A stretch of 32,325 nucleotides of DNA from an uncultured archaeon (GTDB lineage Archaea; Asgardarchaeota; Thorarchaeia; Thorarchaeales; Thorarchaeaceae), in contig CAZSWP010000042.1 of assembly GCA_964610875.1 (NCBI GenBank), positions 1-32,325 of the forward strand. The letters run 5' to 3'. Numbering within the stretch: the first letter of the stretch is position 1; every line of letters starts with the position of its first letter. A program made the position numbers and the translations under genes. Shown here piece after piece: positions 1 to 9,334 of this stretch. Under the pieces are notes generated by a model. The model saw only the letters and a program-made list of their open reading frames with translations. It was not told where the DNA came from and did not search any database.

Positions 1-1220
1 GGTTCCAGAGGAGTTACATTCCAACCCTTGGAGTAGACTTTGCTCAGACGGATCTTGAATACAAAGGCATCCCTACGAAATTAGTAATATGGGACATTGC
101 CGGTCAAGAGGCATACAAGAATATCCGTCAACAGTACTACCAGGGTTGTAGTGGTATAATACTTGTATTTTCAACTGTCAACAGAGAGTCATTTGATAAT
201 GCATCTAAATGGCTTGTAGAAGCTCATGGGTTTATGGAAGAGCTACCACCATTGATCATCGCTGCAAACAAGATTGACATCCGTGGTAGTCGATATAGTG
301 ATGAAGTAGTAACCACTGAAGAAGGTAGAGAGTTTGCTGAGAGATTTAGTGAGAAGCTGAACACACCCACAATCTTCATTGAAACATCAGTACTGACAGG
401 AGAGAACATCGAAGAACTGTTTCAAAATATGACAGGTATGATGATAGAAGATACCGATCGGAAAAAGCAGGGAATAAAACGTGAAAGAATTGCCAAATCC
501 GACAGAGTCACTACAACACCTTTTGCCACGCTTTCACAGAGTATAGAAGAAACTCAAGTAGAGGTCGAGGAAACTGTATCTTCTACAGCATCAACAACTG
601 GAACAGCAGTGGTTCAGACTGCATCTTCTGAATCCACGATTTCAACTTCTGAGATCAAAGAGACCCCAACTGCTACATCTGAGAGCAATCAATCGACAAC
701 AAACCCCTTTGCTAGTGTTTCTTCTTCAACAACCGATATTGGAAGTAAGACAGAAGCAGAATCAGGTGGTTCACTATTCACCGGACCAATAGGTGAAGAG
801 ATATCATCCGATTTGACCGAAATTGACCAGATTAAGACAATAGTTTCTGACTCGAGTGTGTTCGAAGAAGAGAGTATTGGAAGAGCCATGACTGAACTAA
901 CGAACCTCAGAACCGAATTGAAGACTATTGAAGAGGACATGGCTAGGAACATGTCAGAGCATGAAACAAAACTGTTCAATCTAAGAAACGTGATTCATGT
1001 CAAGAAAATCATGTATGAGCATCTGAAGAAAGAGTTGTCCAAGACTAAGAAGGAATGGTCAGAAGCATATGATGAATATGTCAAAATTAAAAACGAAAAG
1101 CAGGCTTATTTTGACAAAAAAGCTCAACAGATGATGAATTTACGAAAAGCCATCGAACAGGTTGGAAGGAAGATTCGCTCGCGTGTCAGTGATTTTGATT
1201 TGAGAAAAATGACGGAATAG
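1..1220 (+). CDS. Rab/Ras-like small GTPase with Ser/Thr-rich linker and C-terminal coiled coil (5'-partial)
   Basis: The frame is open from position 3: FQRSYIPTLGVDF (G2), WDIAGQE (G3), YYQG, NKID (G4), ETSV (G5). The P-loop and start lie upstream of the window, so the ORF-track start at 234 is internal. The C-terminal ~110 aa are a heptad-like E/K-rich helix. Confidence 0.93.
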   Translation, partial: FQRSYIPTLGVDFAQTDLEYKGIPTKLVIWDIAGQEAYKNIRQQYYQGCSGIILVFSTVNRESFDNASKWLVEAHGFMEELPPLIIAANKIDIRGSRYSDEVVTTEEGREFAERFSEKLNTPTIFIETSVLTGENIEELFQNMTGMMIEDTDRKKQGIKRERIAKSDRVTTTPFATLSQSIEETQVEVEETVSSTASTTGTAVVQTASSESTISTSEIKETPTATSESNQSTTNPFASVSSSTTDIGSKTEAESGGSLFTGPIGEEISSDLTEIDQIKTIVSDSSVFEEESIGRAMTELTNLRTELKTIEEDMARNMSEHETKLFNLRNVIHVKKIMYEHLKKELSKTKKEWSEAYDEYVKIKNEKQAYFDKKAQQMMNLRKAIEQVGRKIRSRVSDFDLRKMTE

Positions 1221-1311
1221 CATCTAATTCCACGATGGGCTATTCTTCTATCACGATAAACCAGTGCATTTCTGATACTAAATTCTTACTCGAGCCTGTT
1301 AATGTATCACA

Positions 1312-1731
1312 TCATTCTCCAATTATCTTGATGAGAATACGCTTGTTTCTTCGACCATCGAACTCTCCGTAGAAGATTCGCTCCCAAGTCCCTAGATCGA
1401 GTCTTCCATTCGTGATGGCGACAACCACTTCACGACCCATTATCTGTCGTTTGAGATGGGCATCCCCATTGTCCTCTCCAGTTCTGTTATGCCGATACTG
1501 ACTGATAGGTGCATGAGGAGCAAGTTCTTCTAACCAACGCTTGTAGTCCTCGTGGAGACCGCTCTCATTGTCGTTTATGAAAACACTAGAAGTAATGTGC
1601 ATCGAATTCACAAGACAAAGTCCTTCCTGGACTCCACTCTCCTTGACAGCCTCTTCTACTTGTGGGGTGATGTGGACAAGATCCATCCTCGCAGGTACGT
1701 TAAATGTAAGATATTTTGTATGACTCTTCAT
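1312..1731 (-). CDS. yjbQ: YjbQ/UPF0047 family protein (secondary thiamine-phosphate synthase-like)
   Basis: Motifs [36 protein letters not shown]. The start is placed at ATG 1731 behind an AGGTGA RBS. Confidence 0.92.
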   Translation of the reverse strand: MKSHTKYLTFNVPARMDLVHITPQVEEAVKESGVQEGLCLVNSMHITSSVFINDNESGLHEDYKRWLEELAPHAPISQYRHNRTGEDNGDAHLKRQIMGREVVVAITNGRLDLGTWERIFYGEFDGRRNKRILIKIIGE

Positions 1732-1930
1732 TATAATCACCTTGAACAAAGTCTAAAATGTTCAGCACTAAATAATAAGTCCGGTATAGCTACGTTTTTT
1801 GGTACAGTACTCAGAATTTCTGACCTGTATTTCAGATAGTAAATCCCCTGTTTTTACATCATTCTTCATGCATATCACGACGTGTAATCTATTTTGCAAT
1901 GCGTAGATGATCTATTCAATCTTCATTGAT

Positions 1931-3199
1931 TCATAGATAGATCGAGTCCCCATACCATGGTCCTGAACCAAATGCAACTTGTAGAACATTATATCCTACA
2001 CCGTTTCCATTATCATTGTACCATGGTGTTTCAGGTCTGCTATCCATTGCAGCTGCCCAAATGAATGCCTCACGCAGGGAGATTAGTTCATCATCGTTTA
2101 AGTCTGCATCCACAGTTTCCTCTGGGTCTGACCAATGAAGACTCACAAGAGCACACATAAAGTGAAAGACAAATTCGTCCCAGTTTCCTTCTGTATCACA
2201 AGAATAGGATGACTGATCGTCTTTACATGCTGTGAGAATTACTCTATTTTCTGCACTGATATATTGAATGAATTTGCCCGAAACACACTGTTCCATCACG
2301 ATAATCATATGGTGACATGTTATGGAATCAAGCCAATCAGAGACCTGACTGTGTGTGAGTGCACCACTAGAGTCCATTGGACCCCACACACTGATTCCTC
2401 CACCACCACCATGGTTTGTTGTGTAAAAGAAGAGTGTGTCTCTTGTGCCCATCTCTTCGCTCAGTAAGTCAAAGACTGTATCAAGAGAATCATGGGTTGC
2501 AGGATAATCAACCGGAGTATACGTGTCTTCTCCTACACCGTCCTTGTAAATCACATAAATGTTGTCAGAATCGTATCCATGCATCTGTAGAATGAAGTAC
2601 ATGTAGATGATATCATTCCAATATCTCGAGTAAGCTTTCTCAGGCTTTATCCCACCACTGTATAGCACAGCATATTTCTCCTCAGTAGTGTCATACAAGA
2701 AAGGTAGTTCCTCGAATTGAGGATATGGGTCGTACTGCACATCATAATAAGAGCCAGGGTGAAGTACGGAAGTCACTCTTTCTGCATGAGCACGATATTG
2801 TATCCTGAGTGTACCATCAGATGAGTCATGAACCTGTAAGAGCCCTTTGACTGAAACCTGCATTCCCAGAGATTCACTCATCCCTGCGGGCACTTGACCT
2901 GTAATGACCAGATAGTTATCCACATCAAGTGAATTATTGAAATAGAATAAGGGATCTAGCACTAGTAGATGATTATCTGCAGCATAGAGATAGTACCCAT
3001 TAATTGTAACTACGCTGCCAACATAGTCATCACTGTTTGCCCAGACATCAGCTATGCTGAGGGGAACATCCTCTGCTGGAACCGAATCAACGATTGATGT
3101 GAAGTAATAGACTGTTGCGGCGTTAGTCACCATGAGAATTAGCACAAGTACAATCCAAATAGTCGGTCTACCGCCTTTTGATTTTCTTTTCTTTGACAT
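1931..3199 (-). CDS. Membrane-anchored C13 (legumain/caspase-hemoglobinase fold) cysteine peptidase with N-terminal OB-fold-like domain
   Basis: Basic N-terminus and TM helix; YAVLYSGG..RYWND; catalytic His in TNHGG and Cys in EQCVSG; NRVILTA. The middle region (YVGSVVTINGY..VSVKG) resembles an OB fold. Confidence 0.8.
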   Translation of the reverse strand: MSKKRKSKGGRPTIWIVLVLILMVTNAATVYYFTSIVDSVPAEDVPLSIADVWANSDDYVGSVVTINGYYLYAADNHLLVLDPLFYFNNSLDVDNYLVITGQVPAGMSESLGMQVSVKGLLQVHDSSDGTLRIQYRAHAERVTSVLHPGSYYDVQYDPYPQFEELPFLYDTTEEKYAVLYSGGIKPEKAYSRYWNDIIYMYFILQMHGYDSDNIYVIYKDGVGEDTYTPVDYPATHDSLDTVFDLLSEEMGTRDTLFFYTTNHGGGGGISVWGPMDSSGALTHSQVSDWLDSITCHHMIIVMEQCVSGKFIQYISAENRVILTACKDDQSSYSCDTEGNWDEFVFHFMCALVSLHWSDPEETVDADLNDDELISLREAFIWAAAMDSRPETPWYNDNGNGVGYNVLQVAFGSGPWYGDSIYL

Positions 3200-3335
3200 T
3201 TCTGTCCCTCAGTTTGCGAATAAGGATTAAAGTAAGACAGTACTGAGGGACCTAATAAATCCAAAAGGTGACCATGAAATCGATTCTTTGATTGCATCTA
3301 ATTTGTGTGGGTGGGCTTGTAAAGGGTGATTTACA

Positions 3336-4205
3336 TCAGTTTTTCAGAAATCTTAGAAACACAGGAATGTCCTTTAGCCGGACATGGAGTGGTGGCACTT
3401 TCTCCATGTATTTTTGATACGATTCACCAAATCTATCTACAAGTTCTTGCTCTTCGCGTCTGACTTGAAACCTAAAAACAAGATAGATAATGAAGCATAT
3501 GACCATCGAGTATACAGAGAATCGAAATGCTAAAGCAGCCAGGCCTAACAACACACCAGCCATGTAGGCAGGATGCCGAACAACCGAATATATCTCATTC
3601 TCTTGAATGTCTGACTCTTCTGGAAAATACAGATATACAACTACCATATAATCAAGGCCAAAGACAAGTAAAGAACTCCTCACAGTTAGTAATCCAAGAG
3701 TCAAGAAAACCCCGAAAGCTGTAATTCTGAAGAGAATATCAATTTCAGAAGGAAAACCAAGAAGAGGAAGAATGGACTGCGACCAAAGAATCGTAAGTTC
3801 ATTAACTGGTGGAGTAGGAGGAAGAGACCGTACTGATGTAAATGCATGAAGAATCAGTGACAGTATCAGAAATACTCCCAATACACCAGTGCGAATCATT
3901 TTCTGATATGCTAGAGCACCATACTTCTCCTTCATGCGATCTCGCTTACTCCACAACCTGCCTATTAAACAGAAACCCAAAGCTGCTATGAAGATAGTAC
4001 CAAGAATTGGAAAGAGTGGTTCGAAAACAACAAGAGTCTCTATAGAACCGAATATCCGAGGAGTCATATCTAACAACAGTAGAAAGACATAGCCCATAAC
4101 AGCAGAAAGAAGTCCCTGTAAGGGGAGAAGAGCAATTCTATTCCCGTGATAGTCTGGAAGTTTTTCTCGAATCTTAGCAATACCCTTCAGATGCATTATT
4201 CTCAT
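3336..4205 (-). CDS. Isoprenylcysteine carboxyl-/phospholipid methyltransferase family membrane protein (ICMT/PEMT)
   Basis: Multiple TM helices; IYSVVRHPAY; REEQELVDRFGESYQKYMEKVP signature. Confidence 0.85.
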   Translation of the reverse strand: MRIMHLKGIAKIREKLPDYHGNRIALLPLQGLLSAVMGYVFLLLLDMTPRIFGSIETLVVFEPLFPILGTIFIAALGFCLIGRLWSKRDRMKEKYGALAYQKMIRTGVLGVFLILSLILHAFTSVRSLPPTPPVNELTILWSQSILPLLGFPSEIDILFRITAFGVFLTLGLLTVRSSLLVFGLDYMVVVYLYFPEESDIQENEIYSVVRHPAYMAGVLLGLAALAFRFSVYSMVICFIIYLVFRFQVRREEQELVDRFGESYQKYMEKVPPLHVRLKDIPVFLRFLKN

Positions 4206-4294
4206 TTTTCGAGTAGGCGCATTGAAGTCATATCCTTTTTGGAAGATGGTGTGAATTGAGCTCTTTAAATGAAGAGATCACACTATACTAAACA

Positions 4295-4576
4295 ATGATG
4301 ATGAAAGAAAGAGCACACATTTTCGTAACTGGAAGAGTCTAGGGAGTATTCTTTCGTGCAACAACTCGTGATGAAGCTAAAAAAATGGGAGTGGCAGGAT
4401 GGGTCAGGAATCTTCCAGATGGTAGAGTTGAAGCAATTTTTGAGGGAGAGAAGAAGAATGTTGAGAGAATGATAGAATTCTGCCATAACGGACCAAGAAT
4501 GGCGGATGTGTCTGATGTGAAGGTAGAAAGAGAGGAGTTTCAAGGAGAGTTCGCTGATTTCACCATAAAATTCTGA
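4295..4576 (+). pseudogene. acyP: Acylphosphatase interrupted by an in-frame TAG at 4340-4342
   Basis: Translation from ATG 4295/4301 gives [43 protein letters not shown]..GP. This matches the GxVQGVxFR and GWVRNxxDG motifs, with TAG in place of the conserved Gln. Confidence 0.88.
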
Positions 4577-4815
4577 AAAATCAAGGATCTTTTGGATGCT
4601 TAGTAGAGTCTTATAGCCCTTAAAAGCAGAAAACAACAGCTTTAAGTGTGTCCTCGAGAATAAGGAATAACAGATTCGTGAGAGAAGAACATAATTTACT
4701 GCACCCTGACAGTCAGAACGGTTTACCTGATGTCTGAGAGGTGGTTGTTTTTCCACTAGCACAAAATCTGAGATGATATCATAGACAATGTTCTATTGAA
4801 TAAGAGAGAAGAAAA

Positions 4816-4974
4816 ATGGAAAAAAAGAAAATTAAATCAAGAAAATACAAGAGAGACCGAATAATGAGTGGTCGTTCACCACATGAAATGTTGAGAGTGC
4901 AACAAGAGAAAGCCCTAGCAAAACCAAGGAAACTATCAGTAGAGACTGATGAGAATATTATTAAAACAAGATAG
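4816..4974 (+). CDS. Possible small basic protein (52 aa)
   Basis: ATG..TAG ORF MEKKKIKSRKYKRDRIMSGRSPHEMLRVQQEKALAKPRKLSVETDENIIKTR in an otherwise empty gap; no recognised motif. Confidence 0.3.
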   Translation: MEKKKIKSRKYKRDRIMSGRSPHEMLRVQQEKALAKPRKLSVETDENIIKTR

Positions 4975-5164
4975 CACCATAGCCATTGATGAGAGAACCT
5001 TTCTCTCTCTCAACTCTATTTCTAATACAATCAATGATTATTCTCTATGTGAGTAGGATACATACTCAATGGTAAATGCATTGACACTATTTCACATGAA
5101 CATTGAATGAATTCCCCAGAACAGTAAAGAATAACATTATGAGATGTTTTCAGTGTAGCACAAG

Positions 5165-5497
5165 GTGAATACAATGAGTCTTCAAGAGAAATTTGAGGAA
5201 GAGATGCGTGAGATTTGTGAGGAGTACTATAACCTAGACAAAGAGCGAGATGCGATTGAAGAACAGCTCGAACAGCTGCACAATTATATGGAGATTACAC
5301 TGAAGAAGTATGACAAAGACGGGTTTGACCTACCGTCTGTTCCTGTTTCAGTCAAGAAAATCGTCTACACTCAAGAACGAATGAAAAGAGGTGCTAAAGA
5401 CAGACTAAGAGATATACTTTCACCTGAACAGTGGTCTAAGATCTACTCGAAGCCAAAGAAAATTACAACCGTTCGAGTAACTCCTCGAAAGGACTAA
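5165..5497 (+). CDS. Hypothetical protein (acidic coiled coil plus basic C-terminus)
   Basis: 110-aa ORF with protein-like composition. An AGGTGA RBS suggests the true start is ATG 5174. Confidence 0.7.
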   Translation: MNTMSLQEKFEEEMREICEEYYNLDKERDAIEEQLEQLHNYMEITLKKYDKDGFDLPSVPVSVKKIVYTQERMKRGAKDRLRDILSPEQWSKIYSKPKKITTVRVTPRKD

Positions 5498-5526
5498 GAA
5501 TCACTAGCAACCCACTTTGACAATTA

Positions 5527-5862
5527 TCATCTGCATCTCTCACATGATATAGGAAGAGATTCGCCTATGGGCAATTCATAGGGGTATCCGCAGTGCATAC
5601 AACGGCCCCAATAGAAACCTTCGCGTTTTGGAGGATTCATAATAATATGGCTCTCTTCAAGACTCCCCTTCACATCATACCCCTCCTTCTTCATCTTTGA
5701 ATAATATTCGAGTATCATGGTGAAGAGACCTAGAATCTTGATTTCTACTGTATCCTCATGCGGGATGTCTTGAATGACTAATTGGAAGTAGTTGGGGACA
5801 CAACCAAAACAACTACAGTCGAAGAGAGCTAGACCACTGTTCGGACATGGACTCATATGCAT
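5527..5862 (-). CDS. Small putative zinc-binding protein
   Basis: C-terminal CMHC..CERC zinc ribbon and an N-terminal C..CSCFGC cluster. Confidence 0.65.
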   Translation of the reverse strand: MHMSPCPNSGLALFDCSCFGCVPNYFQLVIQDIPHEDTVEIKILGLFTMILEYYSKMKKEGYDVKGSLEESHIIMNPPKREGFYWGRCMHCGYPYELPIGESLPISCERCR

Positions 5863-5960
5863 AAGAGATTCCCGCTATTCCCATTGTCATTATAGTCTGT
5901 GGAGTACCTTACTAGCGCCTTATATCAACTATTCAGGCGTATAATTCGTTGATACTAGTT

Positions 5961-6185
5961 CTAAAGAGCAACACAGGTCTCTGTTTTTACTACGCCTGGC
6001 ACCTCATGTATTTCGAACACTACGCCCCTATAGCTAGCTCGATCAGGTAGATCAATGTACGCAATCACATCATAAGGACCAGTGACTACATGGACTCTTT
6101 CAACTTCTTTCATTTCCTTGATAGCTTCATAGACATCTTTCACTTTGCCACCTTGGACTTGGATTAGAACGATTGCGACAACCAT
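5961..6185 (-). CDS. Stand-alone Lrp/AsnC ligand-binding (RAM) domain protein
   Basis: AIVLI..V..VTGPYDVIA..I..VPGVVKTET pattern, no HTH. The start is placed at ATG 6185 behind GAGG. Confidence 0.88.
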   Translation of the reverse strand: MVVAIVLIQVQGGKVKDVYEAIKEMKEVERVHVVTGPYDVIAYIDLPDRASYRGVVFEIHEVPGVVKTETCVAL

Positions 6186-6495
6186 CTCTTTAACCTCGCA
6201 GATTCTACAACACATTACATTATGTGATTTAAAGGCAATAAAGATTAGCTAGCGCTTGATGAGTTGGGAATTGAATGGCATGACAAAACTACGTTCAGAA
6301 CTTGACGAGTATGAAATCTTTCTTATAAAGAGGAAAGAAGAATAGTACTTCAACATCCAAATGGAGGGGGGAACTCCATTCTATTCATCAATTGGAGGAC
6401 ATATCACGAATGAAATATTGCATAACATACGAGGAGAATCTTAGTGTTGACTGATTTTCGCATATTTTATCAGTTTTGAGAGAGATTGAGAAACT

Positions 6496-7275
6496 ATGTC
6501 TAAAGAGTTCTTGCCAGGTGCCGAACCACTGTCAATCTCAGGAAACTCTACTGGAATTTTGTTATTGCATGGTGCTGGTGGAGGGACCGCATGGGACCTG
6601 AAAGAGTTTGCAAAGTTTATCAATGATGAGAAAGGTTGGACAGTGGAATTACCCGCCCTGAGAGGATTCGGGACCAAGCCAGAGGACCTATTTAATGTTG
6701 AACTGGTTGACTGGATTACAGACGTAGAGAGAGCCTTTGAAACTCTATCCAAAGATTGCAAAAATATCTTCATTGTTGGTCATAGTGTAGGAGGCCTCCT
6801 TGCTCTTCTTCTCGCAGCTGAGAGAGGAGATATCCAAGGGATTGTAACATGGGCAGCTCCAGCAGGGATTCAGAATAGATTCTTACCAATTCTTCCAAGC
6901 ATTAGCAAGATTCCAATCCTCAGAAGAGCAATTCCAGAGAGGTATGATACTGAGATCCCAAATTGGTTGCGAGAACAAGGATGGGTGGGTTATGATTGGA
7001 TTCCAACTAGGATTGGAATTGTGCTATATGATGGAATCAAACGATTACGAAAATCTCTGGAAAAAATCAACTGCCCTGTTCTTGTGATTCAAGGTACTGA
7101 AGACAAAGCGGTGTCTAAGGACAGTGCTCAGAGAATCTACGATGGTATCAGTTCGGAGAGAAAAGAGATTCTGATATTAGAAGGAGCACCACATCCAGTG
7201 ATGAACCACAGTCAATACAAGGATGACCTATTCTCAAAGACTATTGAGTTTCTTACTCAGGTAGCATCGAAATAG
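6496..7275 (+). CDS. Alpha/beta hydrolase, carboxylesterase/monoacylglycerol lipase-like
   Basis: LLHG oxyanion motif, GHSVG nucleophile elbow, QGTED acid, catalytic His in GAPH. Confidence 0.92.
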   Translation: MSKEFLPGAEPLSISGNSTGILLLHGAGGGTAWDLKEFAKFINDEKGWTVELPALRGFGTKPEDLFNVELVDWITDVERAFETLSKDCKNIFIVGHSVGGLLALLLAAERGDIQGIVTWAAPAGIQNRFLPILPSISKIPILRRAIPERYDTEIPNWLREQGWVGYDWIPTRIGIVLYDGIKRLRKSLEKINCPVLVIQGTEDKAVSKDSAQRIYDGISSERKEILILEGAPHPVMNHSQYKDDLFSKTIEFLTQVASK

Positions 7276-7295
7276 TACAGACATAGTTGGAAGTT

Positions 7296-7625
7296 TCAAA
7301 GAAGACCATCAGGTATGCCTTCCAGCAAAGCCTTCAGTTTGACAATATACTCCCGAAAGGCCTCAGTCCCTTTAGGCGTGATTTTAACTACCACAAGTGG
7401 ACGCCATGAGATGACTCTCTGCGATGTTACAAGTTCAGCGTCCTCCAACTTCTTGATATGATGGTCTAAATTTCCCGGGGTCAGACCAAGCAGTTCCTTC
7501 AACTCGATAAATCCGACCTTTCGTTTGAGAAATAGTAGATAGAGAATAGAGAAACGTGGCTGCGACTGAAAGACCTTTTCTTCATCTGAGAGGTCCAGAG
7601 TGTTTTTCAGAAACCATCCCACCAT
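7296..7625 (-). CDS. Winged-helix transcriptional regulator (ArsR/MarR-like, HTH_34 type)
   Basis: PRFSIL..L..FIELKELLGLTPGNLDHHIKKLEDA..ITPKG..AF..Y pattern. Confidence 0.88.
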   Translation of the reverse strand: MVGWFLKNTLDLSDEEKVFQSQPRFSILYLLFLKRKVGFIELKELLGLTPGNLDHHIKKLEDAELVTSQRVISWRPLVVVKITPKGTEAFREYIVKLKALLEGIPDGLL

Positions 7626-7633
7626 TCATAATA

Positions 7634-8266
7634 CTATTCCGAATATCGAAGTGTTCTGACAGTCAAACGGTGCATGAAGATACCAGCCAAGATGAAACAG
7701 ACAGAGAACGCAACCAGAGAAGTCATGTCCAGCAGAGGCGCATCTTGAATAAGGAGAAGGGGCAGAGCCAACATGCCCAACATGACCCCAAGAAAGAGGA
7801 CCACTTTTTGATTTGAGTGTACTACTTTCACCACTCTCAATATCATATATGATATCAGACAAGCACCACTGGAAGCCCAGAGGAGAGAATAAATCTGGAA
7901 TGGCGATGGAACAAGGCTCGTCAACATGAATGCAATAAACCAAACGATTCCGATGGCCGCACCATGTTTTGAGTCAGAACCATCATCCTTTCTTCGTTCT
8001 CGTACAGTCCGCCAAGCTCCAAGAAAGGAGTACATAACAATCCCCCAACAGAGTGTTATTGCTAAGATATTCGCGAAGAATACAATCTGAGCCGCATCTG
8101 CTCCAATTATTGTGACCAATGACTGTACATTCAATATGAGGAAAATACTCAGGGGAAATACAGCCCCAATTACAATGAAAGCACGAGCCCAAGCTCTTTG
8201 AAAGAGATACTCCTCATATCTCTCGACAACACTCAAAGCTTCAAGCACTTTGTCTAGTTCTTCCAA
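7634..8266 (-). CDS. Multi-pass membrane protein co-transcribed with the wHTH regulator
   Basis: About six hydrophobic helices; TTG start behind GGTGTGA; ends 8 bp before the regulator. Confidence 0.8.
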   Translation of the reverse strand: MEELDKVLEALSVVERYEEYLFQRAWARAFIVIGAVFPLSIFLILNVQSLVTIIGADAAQIVFFANILAITLCWGIVMYSFLGAWRTVRERRKDDGSDSKHGAAIGIVWFIAFMLTSLVPSPFQIYSLLWASSGACLISYMILRVVKVVHSNQKVVLFLGVMLGMLALPLLLIQDAPLLDMTSLVAFSVCFILAGIFMHRLTVRTLRYSE

Positions 8267-8320
8267 TGGAATTCACACCACGCTATTTCTATCCCTCACC
8301 CTGCCATAAATGAGAGACAT

Positions 8321-8337
8321 GTTCTGCAATACAGAAC
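8321..8337. promoter_or_regulatory. Candidate operator palindrome in the divergent promoter region
   Basis: GTTCTG-caata-CAGAAC perfect 6-bp inverted repeat between the divergent regulator operon and the ABC operon. Confidence 0.45.
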
Positions 8338-8377
8338 TCTTACTCATTTTATGTATAATTTGAGCTTATGAAACCAT

Positions 8378-9334
8378 ATGATAGTTCAGACAACTACATC
8401 TATAATGACAGAAGGCATTGTGAAGACCTATGATGGCTTGAAAGCATTGAATGGGATTGACCTTACCATCCGAAAAGGCGAGTTCTATGTATTGATGGGA
8501 CCTAACGGGTCAGGCAAGAGTACATTGCTTTCCATCATTGCAGGCACCAAACAGCCAGATTGTGGAACGGTGATTATTCTCGGACATGACATCAATTTCG
8601 AGAAGAAGAAGTCAAGAGAGCATATTGGGTATATTCCACAACAGCACTTCTGTTCGGGATTTCTCACAGGTGGGGAGAACCTCGAGTATTTTGCATCTCT
8701 TCTCGGGCTCTCGAAATCAGAAAGTAAAAAGAAGATTTCGGAGCTGCTGGAGATGATGGACCTCGTGGAGGCTGCTGACAGAAGGGTCAGTGAGTATAGT
8801 GGGGGCATGAAGAAGAAACTTGAAGTTGCCACCGCACTACTTGGAGATGTTGAAGTCTTGTTATTGGATGAGTCAACTGCAGGGTTAGATCCCAATGTAC
8901 GAAGGGACTTCTTCTTGACTTTGAAACAGATCAACAAAACTGGTACGACGATAATGCTTGTTACTCATCTTGGAGTTGATGCAGAGGTCGCCTCACGGAT
9001 AGGTTTCATGGTGGATGGCCAAATCATCGTCGAGGGAACTCCTGATGAATTAAAAGAGAGAAGCAATCTTGGTAGCGAGATATTTCTTGAAGTCACACCT
9101 AGAGATGATGAACTACTACTAATTCTCGCCGATTTTGATGATGGTTGTATAGTTATTGAGCGTCAGGAAGGGTTTGAGCTACACTGCAAAGAATCCGAGA
9201 ATCTTATCCCCAAGATTATGCATACTCTACAGAACGCAGGTTATTCAGTCCAACGGATTGAACTGCTCCCCCCGAATTTAGAACACGTGTTCCAAGAATT
9301 GACAGACCGACCAATTCGAGGTGAAGTGTGTTGA
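8378..9334 (+). CDS. ABC-2 type exporter ATP-binding subunit
   Basis: Walker A GPNGSGKS, signature YSGGM, Walker B LLLDE, H-loop VTH, C-terminal extension ending in LEHVF..LT. Confidence 0.95.
   Translation: MIVQTTTSIMTEGIVKTYDGLKALNGIDLTIRKGEFYVLMGPNGSGKSTLLSIIAGTKQPDCGTVIILGHDINFEKKKSREHIGYIPQQHFCSGFLTGGENLEYFASLLGLSKSESKKKISELLEMMDLVEAADRRVSEYSGGMKKKLEVATALLGDVEVLLLDESTAGLDPNVRRDFFLTLKQINKTGTTIMLVTHLGVDAEVASRIGFMVDGQIIVEGTPDELKERSNLGSEIFLEVTPRDDELLLILADFDDGCIVIERQEGFELHCKESENLIPKIMHTLQNAGYSVQRIELLPPNLEHVFQELTDRPIRGEVC

Noticed and set aside
3336-4205. ICMT-like enzyme acting on the nearby Rab-like GTPase (prenyl-Cys methylation)
   Set aside because: The GTPase ends DLRKMTE with no C-terminal Cys, and this methyltransferase family is widespread in prokaryotes.
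4991-5007. GAGAGAA-cct-TTCTCTC hairpin as a terminator or ncRNA
   Set aside because: It is a short low-complexity stem with no further support.
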